Origin: an uncultured Alphaproteobacteria bacterium
GTDB taxonomy: Bacteria; Pseudomonadota; Alphaproteobacteria; JAJFIK01
Direction of reading: 5' to 3'
Assembly: GCA_964449455.1 (NCBI GenBank)
Contig: CAYUYV010000012.1
Location: 1-52,829 of the forward strand
DNA length: 52,829 bases
Shown: positions 36,605 through 46,200 of the stretch, piece by piece
Layout: each line of letters starts with the position of its first letter
Numbering within the stretch: position 1 is the first letter of the stretch
The notes under the pieces: model-generated
The model's input: the letters and a program-made list of their open reading frames with translations, nothing else
Database searches by the model: none
What the model was told of the DNA's origin: nothing
Made by a program: the position numbers and the translations under genes

Positions 36605-38571
36605 CGGGGCGGGCGGACAGTGCCGCGGCGTCGGTGTCCTGGAGCCAGTTTTTCCGTATTTTGAGCGTCACGGCATGCGTGACGGCCGCGGTCCACATCA
36701 TCGCCGTGCCAGGCAAGGCGCAAGAGCCGGCTGTGGCCAGCATGGCGGAGCAGGACCCCGCATCAGCTGATCTGGGTACGCCCCAATCCCCCTATGTGTG
36801 GGATCTCACAGCGCTTTATGCCGATAGTGCTGCCTGGCAGGCGGATTTTGACCAGGTCCGCCGTCAGACGGGTGATCTTTTGGCCCTGCAAGGGGTCGTG
36901 GATTCCAGTCCCAAAGCCTTCCTGTCCGCCGCTGACCGCATCAGCACGACCTACAAACAAGCCGTGCGCCTGCTCGTCTACGCCACCCTGGCGGCAGACA
37001 CCCGGCTCGATGATCCCTCGGCCCAGGAGCGCCGGCGCCTTGCCCGGGATCTCATCGCCGAGTTCGGCGCGGCCGTGAGTTGGTTCGACCCCAAACTGCT
37101 TTCCATGGGACCGCGCCGGGTTGAACGTTTTCTCGCCCGTGAGCCCGATCTGGAAAAGCACCGGTTCGCCTTGGAAAACACCCTGCGTGTCGCTCCGCAC
37201 CGCCTGAACACCCAAGCGGAAAAGGTTATTGCCGAGACGGCCGGTTTGACCCAGGGACCCCTGGAGATCTACACGGCCCTGACGGCAACGGACCTGTCCT
37301 GGCCGGAGCTTCGGCTCTCGCGCCGCGAGACAATCCGGGTGGATCCCGTGGCCTATCGCATTCAAGGCCGCTCCACGCGCAGGGAGCGGCGGCAGGCGGT
37401 CTTTGAGGCCCATTGGGGCGCGTGGAAGGCCTATGAGGCTACGCTGGGCTCGATCCTGCACGCCCATTTCCAAGGTCTCGACATTCAAACCCGTCAGCGC
37501 GGCCATGTGTCCTCTCTGGAGCGTGTTCTGTTCCAGGACAATCTTCCCGTCGCCGTGCCGGAAATGCTGATGGCGGCTGGGCAACGCGCCCTGCCCACCC
37601 TGCGCCGGTATCTGCGGTTGCGGGCGCGCATGCTGAAAGTCACGGGACCGCTCAAATTCTATGACCTGTTTGCGCCGCTGGCCGATCACAACGTGACGTT
37701 CACGATCGAGGACAGCATTGCCCTGACGCGCCAGGCTCTCGACCCTCTTGGGGCGGATTACCGGGCAGCGTTTTCACGGGGGATCGAGGGCGCGTGGATG
37801 CATGTCTTCCCGGCAGAGGGCAAGAGATCTGGCGCCTATATGTTCGGCAGCGCCTATGATGTGCACCCCTATCTGTTTTTGAACCATACGGATGATTTTG
37901 AAAGCCTGCTGACCTTTGCCCATGAATTCAGCCACGCGGTCCACGCAAGCCTGGCGAATGGGGCCCAGCCCTGGGAAAAGGCAAGCCCGCCGGTCCTGGT
38001 CTCGGAGTCGGCCGCCATGACGGCGGAGTTGTTATTGCAGGACAGCCTGATCGACAAGGCCAGCACCCAGGAAGAAAAGCTGTTCTACCTGGCGCACAGT
38101 CTCGACAGTTTGCAGACGACCTATTTCCGGCAGATCATGCTCGCGGAGTTTGAGCGAATTTTGAGTGAGACCATCGCCAAGGGGGGCGTGATCACGGGGG
38201 CTAAGGCGACGGCCCTTTATCTTGATCTTCTGCGCCGGGTTTACGGTCAGGACCAAGGCGTGGTCGATATCGAGCCTGCCTATGGGATCGCCTGGGCGGC
38301 CGTCCCCCATCTCTATTACGATAATTATGTTTTTCAGTATGCGGCTTCATTTGCCGCCGGGACCCATCTGGCGGCGCGCATACGCGCCGGCGAAACAGGT
38401 GCCGCAGAGGCCTATCTTGGGCTCTTGAAGGCCGGTGGCTCCGACTATCCCCATGCGCTTTTGAAAAATGCGGGTGTTGATCTTGCCACATCAGCGCCCT
38501 TTGATGCGGTCGAAGCACGGATGACCCGCCTCCTCGACGCCCTCGAAGAGGCCCTCAATATGCGGGGCTGA
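36601..38571 (+). CDS. pepF: M3-family oligoendopeptidase (PepF-like), probably secreted
   Basis: HEFSHAVH zinc motif and M3B-like overall length. The proposed GTG start at 36601 overlaps the upstream stop (GTGA). Hydrophobic N-terminus ...FFRILSVTACVTAAVHIIAVPGKAQEP. Confidence 0.85.
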   Translation: MTGRADSAAASVSWSQFFRILSVTACVTAAVHIIAVPGKAQEPAVASMAEQDPASADLGTPQSPYVWDLTALYADSAAWQADFDQVRRQTGDLLALQGVVDSSPKAFLSAADRISTTYKQAVRLLVYATLAADTRLDDPSAQERRRLARDLIAEFGAAVSWFDPKLLSMGPRRVERFLAREPDLEKHRFALENTLRVAPHRLNTQAEKVIAETAGLTQGPLEIYTALTATDLSWPELRLSRRETIRVDPVAYRIQGRSTRRERRQAVFEAHWGAWKAYEATLGSILHAHFQGLDIQTRQRGHVSSLERVLFQDNLPVAVPEMLMAAGQRALPTLRRYLRLRARMLKVTGPLKFYDLFAPLADHNVTFTIEDSIALTRQALDPLGADYRAAFSRGIEGAWMHVFPAEGKRSGAYMFGSAYDVHPYLFLNHTDDFESLLTFAHEFSHAVHASLANGAQPWEKASPPVLVSESAAMTAELLLQDSLIDKASTQEEKLFYLAHSLDSLQTTYFRQIMLAEFERILSETIAKGGVITGAKATALYLDLLRRVYGQDQGVVDIEPAYGIAWAAVPHLYYDNYVFQYAASFAAGTHLAARIRAGETGAAEAYLGLLKAGGSDYPHALLKNAGVDLATSAPFDAVEARMTRLLDALEEALNMRG

Positions 38572-38581
38572 CAGGCCGCGC

Positions 38582-41491
38582 TCAGCCGAGCGATGCAATG
38601 AGGTCGGTAAGGACTTCCTCGGCATGCTCATCGAGTGGCGCTGTTGCCGGTGGCTTTGGCTGATCCGGCTGCCTTTTTGGTTCCTGATCCACCACATCGC
38701 CTTGCGGGCCGTCAAACACCCGCTCAATCGCATCCTGCAGCCGGTCGATATCGATCGGTTTTGACAAATAGGATGTAAAGCCGGCCGCGATATAGGCCTC
38801 CCGGTCGCCGGCCATGGCGTTTGCCGTGAGGGCGATAACGGGAATAGAGCATAGAGGGTCTGACAGGACACGGATCACTTTTGTGGCCGTAACGCCATCC
38901 ATGACCGGCATCTGGATGTCCATCAGCACAAGGTCGAAGGGCGTCTGGCGCAGCATTTCGACCGCCTGCCGCCCATCATCGGCGATGACGCAATCATGAC
39001 CCAGTTCCCCAAGGATCGTGCCGATCACCGTCTGATTGACCGTATTGTCTTCGGCAACAAGGATACGCCGCCGACAGGTCACGGGTTTAGGTCCCTCGAC
39101 AGGTGCCCGCGTGGGTTCAAGTTCCGTCAGGTTTGAGGCGCCGAAGGGAATGGAGAGCCAGAATGTGCTGCCATCGCCGGGCGCGCTGTCCACGCCGATG
39201 TCCCCATTCATCAGCTCACAAAGTTGCTTCGAAATCGCAAGGCCCAGCCCCGTCCCGCCATAACGGCGCTTGATAGAGGTGTCCGCCTGGACAAAGCGCG
39301 AGAAGAGATTCGCGCAGACCTCTTCGGAAATGCCGATCCCTGTGTCGGTCACTTCAAATTTCACACGAAACGTGTTGTCCCGCGTGCGCTTCAGGATCGC
39401 GATGACCTGGACGCAGCCCTCCTCCGTGAATTTCACAGCGTTGGAGATGAGATTGAGCAGGATCTGGCGCAGGCGATGGGGGTCGCCCTTGACCACCGCC
39501 GGAATGCCGGGATCGATCATGCTTTCAAGCAGCAGGCCCTTTTCTTCCGCCTTGGGCCGCAGCACCGCCACAGCGCCCTCGATGATCCGCCGCAGGTCGA
39601 AGTCGATCGTTTCCACTTGCATGTGGCCGGCGTCGAGCTTCGAGAAGTCGAGAATGTCATTGAGGATGTTGAGCAGATTGAGAGCCGACTCCTTGGCCAG
39701 AGCCACATGCTTTACCTGGTGAGGCTCCAGATCATCCCGGCGCAGAAGATCAAGCATACCCAGAATGGCATTCATGGGAGTGCGGATTTCATGGCTCATC
39801 ATGGCCAGAAAGTCCGACTTGGCCTTGTTGGCACTCTGGGCCTCGTTGCGCGCTTCGATCAGGGCCTTTTCCGACTGCTTGGCCGATGTGAAATCCACGG
39901 CACAGCCGATCACCACTGGCTTACGGGTCACCGGGTCCTGGACGAGGTTCATATCGTCATGGAACCAGCGATAGCTGCCATCCCGGTGGCGCAGGCGGTA
40001 CTCGCAGGCCGCCCGGTCGGATGTCGAAAGGCGGTTAAGCGCATATTTGAGCGCAGGGAGATCATCCGGGTGGATCAGATCCGTTAGAGCCAGCGTGTCG
40101 CTCACAAGCGTGTCCGCCGTATAGCCCAGGAGGTGTTGGACACTGCCGGAAATGGATGACAGGAAGACCTTAAAGCCTTGAGCGCCCTCTTCCTCAGGGA
40201 GGCCTGCCGTGTAGAGCAAGGCTGCGCTTGAGTCCACAAGATGGGTCAGCTTGGCATTGGCCGCTTCAAGGGCCAGTTGGCCGGATTTTTCTGGGGTGAT
40301 GTCCAACAGGGAGCCGCACATGCTTTCCGGGCGCCCTCGGGTGCCGAAACGGGGTTCAGCCATGGTCCGGGCCCAGAAGATCTCACCATTGCGCCGGTGC
40401 ATCCGAAATTCGGACCGCAAGGCGCCGCCACCCTCCAGGCAGGTCTCAAGGGCCTTCAGGATGTCAGCCCGGTCATCGGCGTGAATGTGGGAGGCGAAAT
40501 AAGTGAAATCGAGCATGCCGTCCTTGGGCTCATAGCCCAGCAGACTCATGAACCCCGCCGAGACATGGATTCTCTGGGTGCGGATGTCCCAGTCCCACAA
40601 GCCGATGCCCGAGCCGCGCACGGTTCGCGTGTAACGGTCTTCGCTGAGCTTCAGGGCCGAGAGCGTTTCGACTTCCTCAGAAATGTCCTCAACGAGGCCA
40701 TAGACGCAGGCAACCCGGTCATCCTCCCCACGCTCCACATCACCGCGCACGCGGACATGGCCCGTACTGCCGTCGGGGCGCTGGAAACCAAGGTCCAATG
40801 TGAAGGGCTCTCCCGTTTCGGCGGCCGTCTCCATCAAGTCTTCAAGGGCGAAGCGGTCTTCCGGCGCATAGACGGCATGGGCCTCGGCGCGGTGCAGCGG
40901 ATGGTCGGACGGCGTCATGCCGAAGGTCGTAAAGATGCCTTCGGACCAGTGGGTCTCGTCCGTTTTTGGATACCACCACCACAGGCCAACCCGGCCAATC
41001 TGTTCAAGACGGCGCAACATGTCGCCGGCGGTCAGCACAATGTCCCGCGAGGCCACATCCAGGGTCGCATCCCGGAAATGCGCCATAAGCAGATCGTTCT
41101 TGCCGGGCAAAGGGGTAAGGGCAAGCGCGATCCAGCGTTTGGGTGCCTCCCGGCGCGGTTTGGCGCCTTTGCGTCCCTTTCCGGATGTTGAAGCGCCAAC
41201 GCCGGGCCAACACCAGCAGACGGTCATGCGAACGGTTCCGGTGCTGGTTCCGTCCAGGCGCTCCCGGGCCGTGCCCCGGTCAAAGGGCGACAGTCCATCG
41301 AAGAATGTGGGCAGTTCGGAGGGGGCGGCCTCTTCACAATCGATGTCCGGCAGGGCGAGCAGGGCGCTCGCCGCCTTGTTGGCCCAAAGAATCTTGCCGC
41401 TGCGAGTCATGCACAGGAGGGCGGCCGGGCTGTGGGCCGCGACCAGGCGATCGATGTCGGATGGCGGGACGGCGCTGGACTGTTCCTTCAT
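38582..41491 (-). CDS. Cytoplasmic hybrid sensor histidine kinase/response regulator with multiple PAS domains
   Basis: 969 aa. H-box [18 protein letters not shown]; GGTGLGLAI; receiver ILVAEDNTVNQ...DLVLMDIQMPVMDG...ALTANAM. At least 3-4 PAS/PAC-like repeats (e.g. RHRDGSYRWFHD, HRRNGEIFWART). Confidence 0.92.
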   Translation of the reverse strand: MKEQSSAVPPSDIDRLVAAHSPAALLCMTRSGKILWANKAASALLALPDIDCEEAAPSELPTFFDGLSPFDRGTARERLDGTSTGTVRMTVCWCWPGVGASTSGKGRKGAKPRREAPKRWIALALTPLPGKNDLLMAHFRDATLDVASRDIVLTAGDMLRRLEQIGRVGLWWWYPKTDETHWSEGIFTTFGMTPSDHPLHRAEAHAVYAPEDRFALEDLMETAAETGEPFTLDLGFQRPDGSTGHVRVRGDVERGEDDRVACVYGLVEDISEEVETLSALKLSEDRYTRTVRGSGIGLWDWDIRTQRIHVSAGFMSLLGYEPKDGMLDFTYFASHIHADDRADILKALETCLEGGGALRSEFRMHRRNGEIFWARTMAEPRFGTRGRPESMCGSLLDITPEKSGQLALEAANAKLTHLVDSSAALLYTAGLPEEEGAQGFKVFLSSISGSVQHLLGYTADTLVSDTLALTDLIHPDDLPALKYALNRLSTSDRAACEYRLRHRDGSYRWFHDDMNLVQDPVTRKPVVIGCAVDFTSAKQSEKALIEARNEAQSANKAKSDFLAMMSHEIRTPMNAILGMLDLLRRDDLEPHQVKHVALAKESALNLLNILNDILDFSKLDAGHMQVETIDFDLRRIIEGAVAVLRPKAEEKGLLLESMIDPGIPAVVKGDPHRLRQILLNLISNAVKFTEEGCVQVIAILKRTRDNTFRVKFEVTDTGIGISEEVCANLFSRFVQADTSIKRRYGGTGLGLAISKQLCELMNGDIGVDSAPGDGSTFWLSIPFGASNLTELEPTRAPVEGPKPVTCRRRILVAEDNTVNQTVIGTILGELGHDCVIADDGRQAVEMLRQTPFDLVLMDIQMPVMDGVTATKVIRVLSDPLCSIPVIALTANAMAGDREAYIAAGFTSYLSKPIDIDRLQDAIERVFDGPQGDVVDQEPKRQPDQPKPPATAPLDEHAEEVLTDLIASLG

Positions 41492-41584
41492 GGGACTGCT
41501 TTCACGCTACGCGGGCCGGACCGGGCGAACGCGCGGCAGACGCCGGGAGCGACCCCATCGGATCCTCCTTCTCCCGGTCCCCTG

Positions 41585-42331
41585 TCACGGGCCTGATAAG
41601 CCAAGGGCATCCTTCTTCGCTGATTCGGCGCCCAAAGCGCTGCCCCCGAAATCAAGCACGGCGCAGGTCCAGGACAGGGCGAGCAGGGCTTTGCATACGG
41701 CCTCGGCCTTGTCCCAGGTTTCAAATGGTCCCGCTTTGAGACGGTAGAACACACCTTTTGAGCCGAGATCGACCCGGGACAGGACGGGTGTGAGCACACC
41801 GATTAGGGACGGGTGATCGGCGGCGATGTCGCGCCAGCCTTTGCGCGCCGCTTCCGCGCTTTTGTAGCTTGCCAAATGGACGGCGAACTTATCCGTTGCT
41901 CCGCTCGCTCCACCGCCGGCCGCCGGGCCAGATGGGGGCATGGGGGGAGAGACGGGGACGGTTCGTGGTTGAGGCGGCGTCGCAGGGGCCGCAGGCGCAG
42001 CGGCATCGAAAACCGCCGGCATGGACGCAGGCTGGCTCGCCAGGACCCCAGGGCCCAGACGGGAGAGGGCAATGCGGATGGCCGCCACGTCCTCTTCAAG
42101 CTGGTTGATCCGGTCCTCCAGGCTGCCCTGGCCCGGTCCGTTGGTTTTGCCCGTGGCTGGTGGTTTGGCCGCCCTGTCATCCCCGGCAAGGACATCCGGA
42201 TCCGCACCGGCGCCAAAAAGGCCGGAGGCACAACCCGCCAATACACAACCCGCCAATACAAGCGTGCTGCAGATCAAGAGGCCCCGCAGGGCCTGACTTT
42301 GACCTTTCCAGACATGGGAAAAACCAGACAC
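41585..42331 (-). CDS. SPOR-domain lipoprotein
   Basis: GTG start at 42331. Lipobox region LVLAGCVLAGCASG, a Pro/Ala-rich linker, and a C-terminal SPOR domain (FAVHLASYKSAEAARKGWRDI......GVFYRLKAGPF....A...C). Confidence 0.85.
   Translation of the reverse strand: MSGFSHVWKGQSQALRGLLICSTLVLAGCVLAGCASGLFGAGADPDVLAGDDRAAKPPATGKTNGPGQGSLEDRINQLEEDVAAIRIALSRLGPGVLASQPASMPAVFDAAAPAAPATPPQPRTVPVSPPMPPSGPAAGGGASGATDKFAVHLASYKSAEAARKGWRDIAADHPSLIGVLTPVLSRVDLGSKGVFYRLKAGPFETWDKAEAVCKALLALSWTCAVLDFGGSALGAESAKKDALGLSGP
42231..42260. repeat. Perfect 15-bp tandem duplication inside the SPOR gene, duplicating the lipobox (VLAGC x2)
   Basis: CAACCCGCCAATACA at 42231-42245 and 42246-42260. Confidence 0.95.
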
Positions 42332-42432
42332 GGACCACAGGCCTCCGCCGCCGCTGGGACGGGGTCGCCGGCCCCTGTCCCCGGGAACAAGTCACACCTG
42401 CCAAGGGTGGTCCTCGTCTTGTGAAAATGAGG

Positions 42433-43065
42433 TTACCGGTCTTCGCGCTCCGGCCCGTCCGGGCCGAAAGTCGGATTGGGGGACAGAAAGGGCGAGGGTT
42501 CGCCCTTTGCCACCAAATGGCGGGCCGCAGCGAGGGCCGAGAGGCAATCGAAGACAGCATCATGGGCTTTGCCTGGCGCCGCCCGGTCCAGGCCGAAATG
42601 GTCGCTGAGGCTGCCGGAGTCGACCGCTTCAATCTCCACGCCATGTCTGCGGAAAAAGGCGTGAAGATTGGTCGTGTTGGTGGCTGTGAAGCGGTCTTCA
42701 AGGCCATAAAGCGCAATATTCTCGGCAATGACGACCTCGTCAAAGCCATAGCAGAACAAGGGCGCGTCGCCAGCAAAGTCCAGGAAATCCGTATAGGCTG
42801 CTTCGAAATCGATGCCGTCCCGGGTCAGGCGGTCCTGATCAATACCTGTCAGCTCTGTGATGAATGCCGAAAGCTGGGGATTGATACGGGGGCGGACCAC
42901 ACGTTCAAACCGGTCCAGCAGCGTGGCGTCTGCGGCGCGGACCTTCAGGGCACCGATCTGGATGATCTCCCGGTGCTCCCCCGGCCCCGTCCAGCGCCGC
43001 GCCCGGGACCCCGGCCAGGCCGTGAACTCAAGATCCAGGATGACGGCGGTGTCTTCTTGGTTCAT
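42433..43065 (-). CDS. DEDDh-type 3'-5' exonuclease domain protein
   Basis: ATG at 43065, preceded by GGGAGG. Motifs: ILDLEFT (ExoI, DxE), YGFDEVV (ExoII-like) and HDAVFD (ExoIII, Hx4D). Confidence 0.8.
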   Translation of the reverse strand: MNQEDTAVILDLEFTAWPGSRARRWTGPGEHREIIQIGALKVRAADATLLDRFERVVRPRINPQLSAFITELTGIDQDRLTRDGIDFEAAYTDFLDFAGDAPLFCYGFDEVVIAENIALYGLEDRFTATNTTNLHAFFRRHGVEIEAVDSGSLSDHFGLDRAAPGKAHDAVFDCLSALAAARHLVAKGEPSPFLSPNPTFGPDGPEREDR

Positions 43066-43204
43066 GTCCCCCTCCCGCATTGGCCGATGGGTCTTGCCCG
43101 GCGCCATCCACCCGTCAAGCAGGGCTGTATGGTAATGGAAAGGCGTTATATGGGGATATGGGTGCGATCTGGCGAAGCTATAACGGGCATAAGGGGAAAC
43201 GGCC

Positions 43205-46200
43205 ATGGAGACGAACAGCGGCGCAGGACAGACACCCGTTGGAGCGCCCGGTCAGATGCATGGGGAGGCTCCTGCTCAAGCGATCGAGGCCATCGGCACG
43301 CTTCCTGACGAGCGCATTGGCCAGATTGCCGCCCGCCAGGCCTCCCACGACTTTGCGAAATTTGTGCGTCTCCTGTTTGAGCGCGCGGATGCCGATGATC
43401 TTGCCGCCTATGACGCCGATACCCTGCTCGGCATTGCCCGGTCGATTTGGGACCTCCTGGAACATCGCGAGCCTAAAGAATGCATCGTCCGGGTCTTTAA
43501 TCCCAATCGACAGCGGGATCATTTCAATGGCCTTTGCACGGTGGTGCAGGCTGTGACCGGCGACATGCCCTTCATCATCGACTCGGTGCTCGGGCAACTT
43601 TCGGCCATGGACCTGCCCATCCGCCGGATCCTGCATCCCATTGTGGAAACCCGCCGGGACGAGCATAGCCGCAGGCTCCAGGTGGAAGCGGCCACTATGG
43701 TGCAGCCCGGTTCCCCCACAGAGCGCCAGGCCCGCGAGCAGGGCTTCCAGCGGGAGTCGATTCTGCATGTGGAGATCGACCGGCACACGGATCCGGTGAT
43801 GCACCGGGAGATTGAGCGCGAGATCGATACCGTCTTGAAGGATGTGGCCCGTGTGGTGGAAGACTGGCTACCCATGCGATCCGGCCTCAAAGAGGCGATC
43901 GACGATCTGAGCCGCAATGCGCCGTTTCGGGCGCCGGGTCTTGAAAAGGGGGAGTTCGACGAGACCCAGGCCTTTCTCAAATGGCTGCTCGATGACCATT
44001 TCGCGTTTCTGGGCATGCGCGATTATGAGATCGTGGGCGGGATCGAGACCGGGGACTTGATGGTCCATGAGGAGACGGGTCTTGGGCTCCTGTCGGATCC
44101 GGAGGCCCGCGTCCTGCGCCGGCGCGGCGAGCTTTCGGTGATGACACCTGAGGTGCGGGATTTCCTGCGCTCGCCCCAGCCCATCATTGTGTCCAAAGCC
44201 AATGTGCGCTCCGTGGTCCATCGGCGTGTCTTCATGGATTATATCGGCATCAAGCGGTACGGCCCTGATGGCCAGGTGATCGGGGAGCGGCGCATCGTCG
44301 GCCTGTTTACGGCCGTGGCCTATAACCGGTCGACCTGGGACGTGCCGCTGCTCGCGCGCAAGGTCTCGCTGGTCATGGAAAAGGCCCGCCTGCCCATGAA
44401 CGGCCATGACGAGCGCTCGATGATCAATATCCTGGAGACCTTCCCCAGGGACGAGCTGTTCCAGGCCTCTGTGGATGAAATCCTGACGGCGGCGATCGGC
44501 GTTCTGCGGCTCCAGAAACGGCCGCACACAAAGGTCTTTGTGCGCCATGATCGGTTCGACCGGTTTGTCGCCGTTCTGGTCTATGTGCTGCGGGACAAAT
44601 ACGACACGGCCTTGCGTGTTCGCATCGGCGAGCTGCTGGCCGAAAAATATGACGGTCAGGTGCAATCATTCTATCCGGCCTTTGGCGACAGTCCGATGAC
44701 CCGGGTCTATTTTATCATCAGTCGGAATATTGGTGAGCTGCCGGTTGTGGATCTGCCCGAGATCGAAGCGCGCATCGACGCCTTTACCCGCGACTGGGCG
44801 GACGATCTGCGTGTGGTTCTGGTCCAGGAGAATGGGCCGGCCCGGGGGCGCGAGCTTGGCGTGCGCTATGCCAACGGGTTTTCGGCCGGCTACCGGGACC
44901 ATTTTGGCTGTGCCACGGCCAGCAAGGACATTGAGATCATTGAGGCCCTCGGCGCCTATCCGCAGATCGGGATCTACACTTATCGAAACACGGAAGATCC
45001 GGTCTCGGCGATTCATCTCAAGAGTTATCATTGGGATGTGCCGCTGCCCTTGAGCGATTGCTTGCCGATTTTGGAAAATATGGGCCTGCGGGTGGTCGAG
45101 GAGGTGCCCTATGCGGTGGAGGTGGCGCATGACTCCGGGCTCACCCGCGCGGGCGAGGATGCGAGCGGACGCACGGTTTGGATCCACGACTTCTTCATGA
45201 CCCACACAGCCCAATGGCCCATCGATCTTGAGGCGATTCGCACCGTATTCGCCGAAGCGTTCCGGGCGGTGTGCTTTGAATGGGCCGAGAATGATGGCTT
45301 CAACCGCCTCGTCGTCGAGCAGGCCATGCCCTGGCAGGATGTCATGGTCCTCCGGGCGCTCGCCCGCTTCCGCAAACAGGCCGGCTCGACCTTCAGTGAA
45401 AGCTATATCGTCACGGCTCTGAGCAATCAGGGGCACATCGCCCGCATGCTGGTCGAGCTCTTCCGTGTCCGGTTCGATCCAGCGCTTGCGCAGAGCCGCG
45501 ATGTGCGCGAGGGGCGGCAGATCGAGATCGAGGCCCAGATCGAGGCGGCCCTGGAGAAGGTAACGTCCCTCGACACGGACCGGATCATCCGCCAGTTCCT
45601 GAACCTGATCAAATCGGCCCTGCGCACAAATTACTTCCAGACTGTCAAGGGCGAACCGAAGCCATATTTGTCGATCAAATTTGCCAGCCGAGAGATCTTC
45701 GATCTGCCCGAACCCCGGCCCAAATTCGAGATCTTCGTTTATTCTCCACGTCTTGAAGGTGTGCATTTGCGCGGCGGCCTGGTGGCCCGAGGCGGAATTC
45801 GCTGGTCGGATCGGCCGGAAGATTTCCGTGCGGAGATTCTGGGGCTCGTGAAGGCCCAGCAAGTCAAAAACGCCGTTATCGTGCCCGTGGGCGCCAAGGG
45901 CGGTTTTGTTCCCAAGCGCCTTCCGGGCGGCACGGCCAGCCGTGATGCCATTATTGAAGAAGCGATTGCCAGCTACCGCTTGTTCATCTCGGGTCTGCTC
46001 GATCTCACGGACAATCTGGGCGAGGCCGGTGTGGTCCCGGCCCGGGATGTGGTGGCCTATGATGGTCCGGATCCCTACCTTGTCGTGGCTGCCGATAAGG
46101 GAACGGCCTCCTTTTCCGACATCGCCAATGAGGTCGCGGGGGATTACGGTCATTGGCTGGGGGATGCCTTTGCCTCCGGCGGGCGCGCAGGTTATGACCA

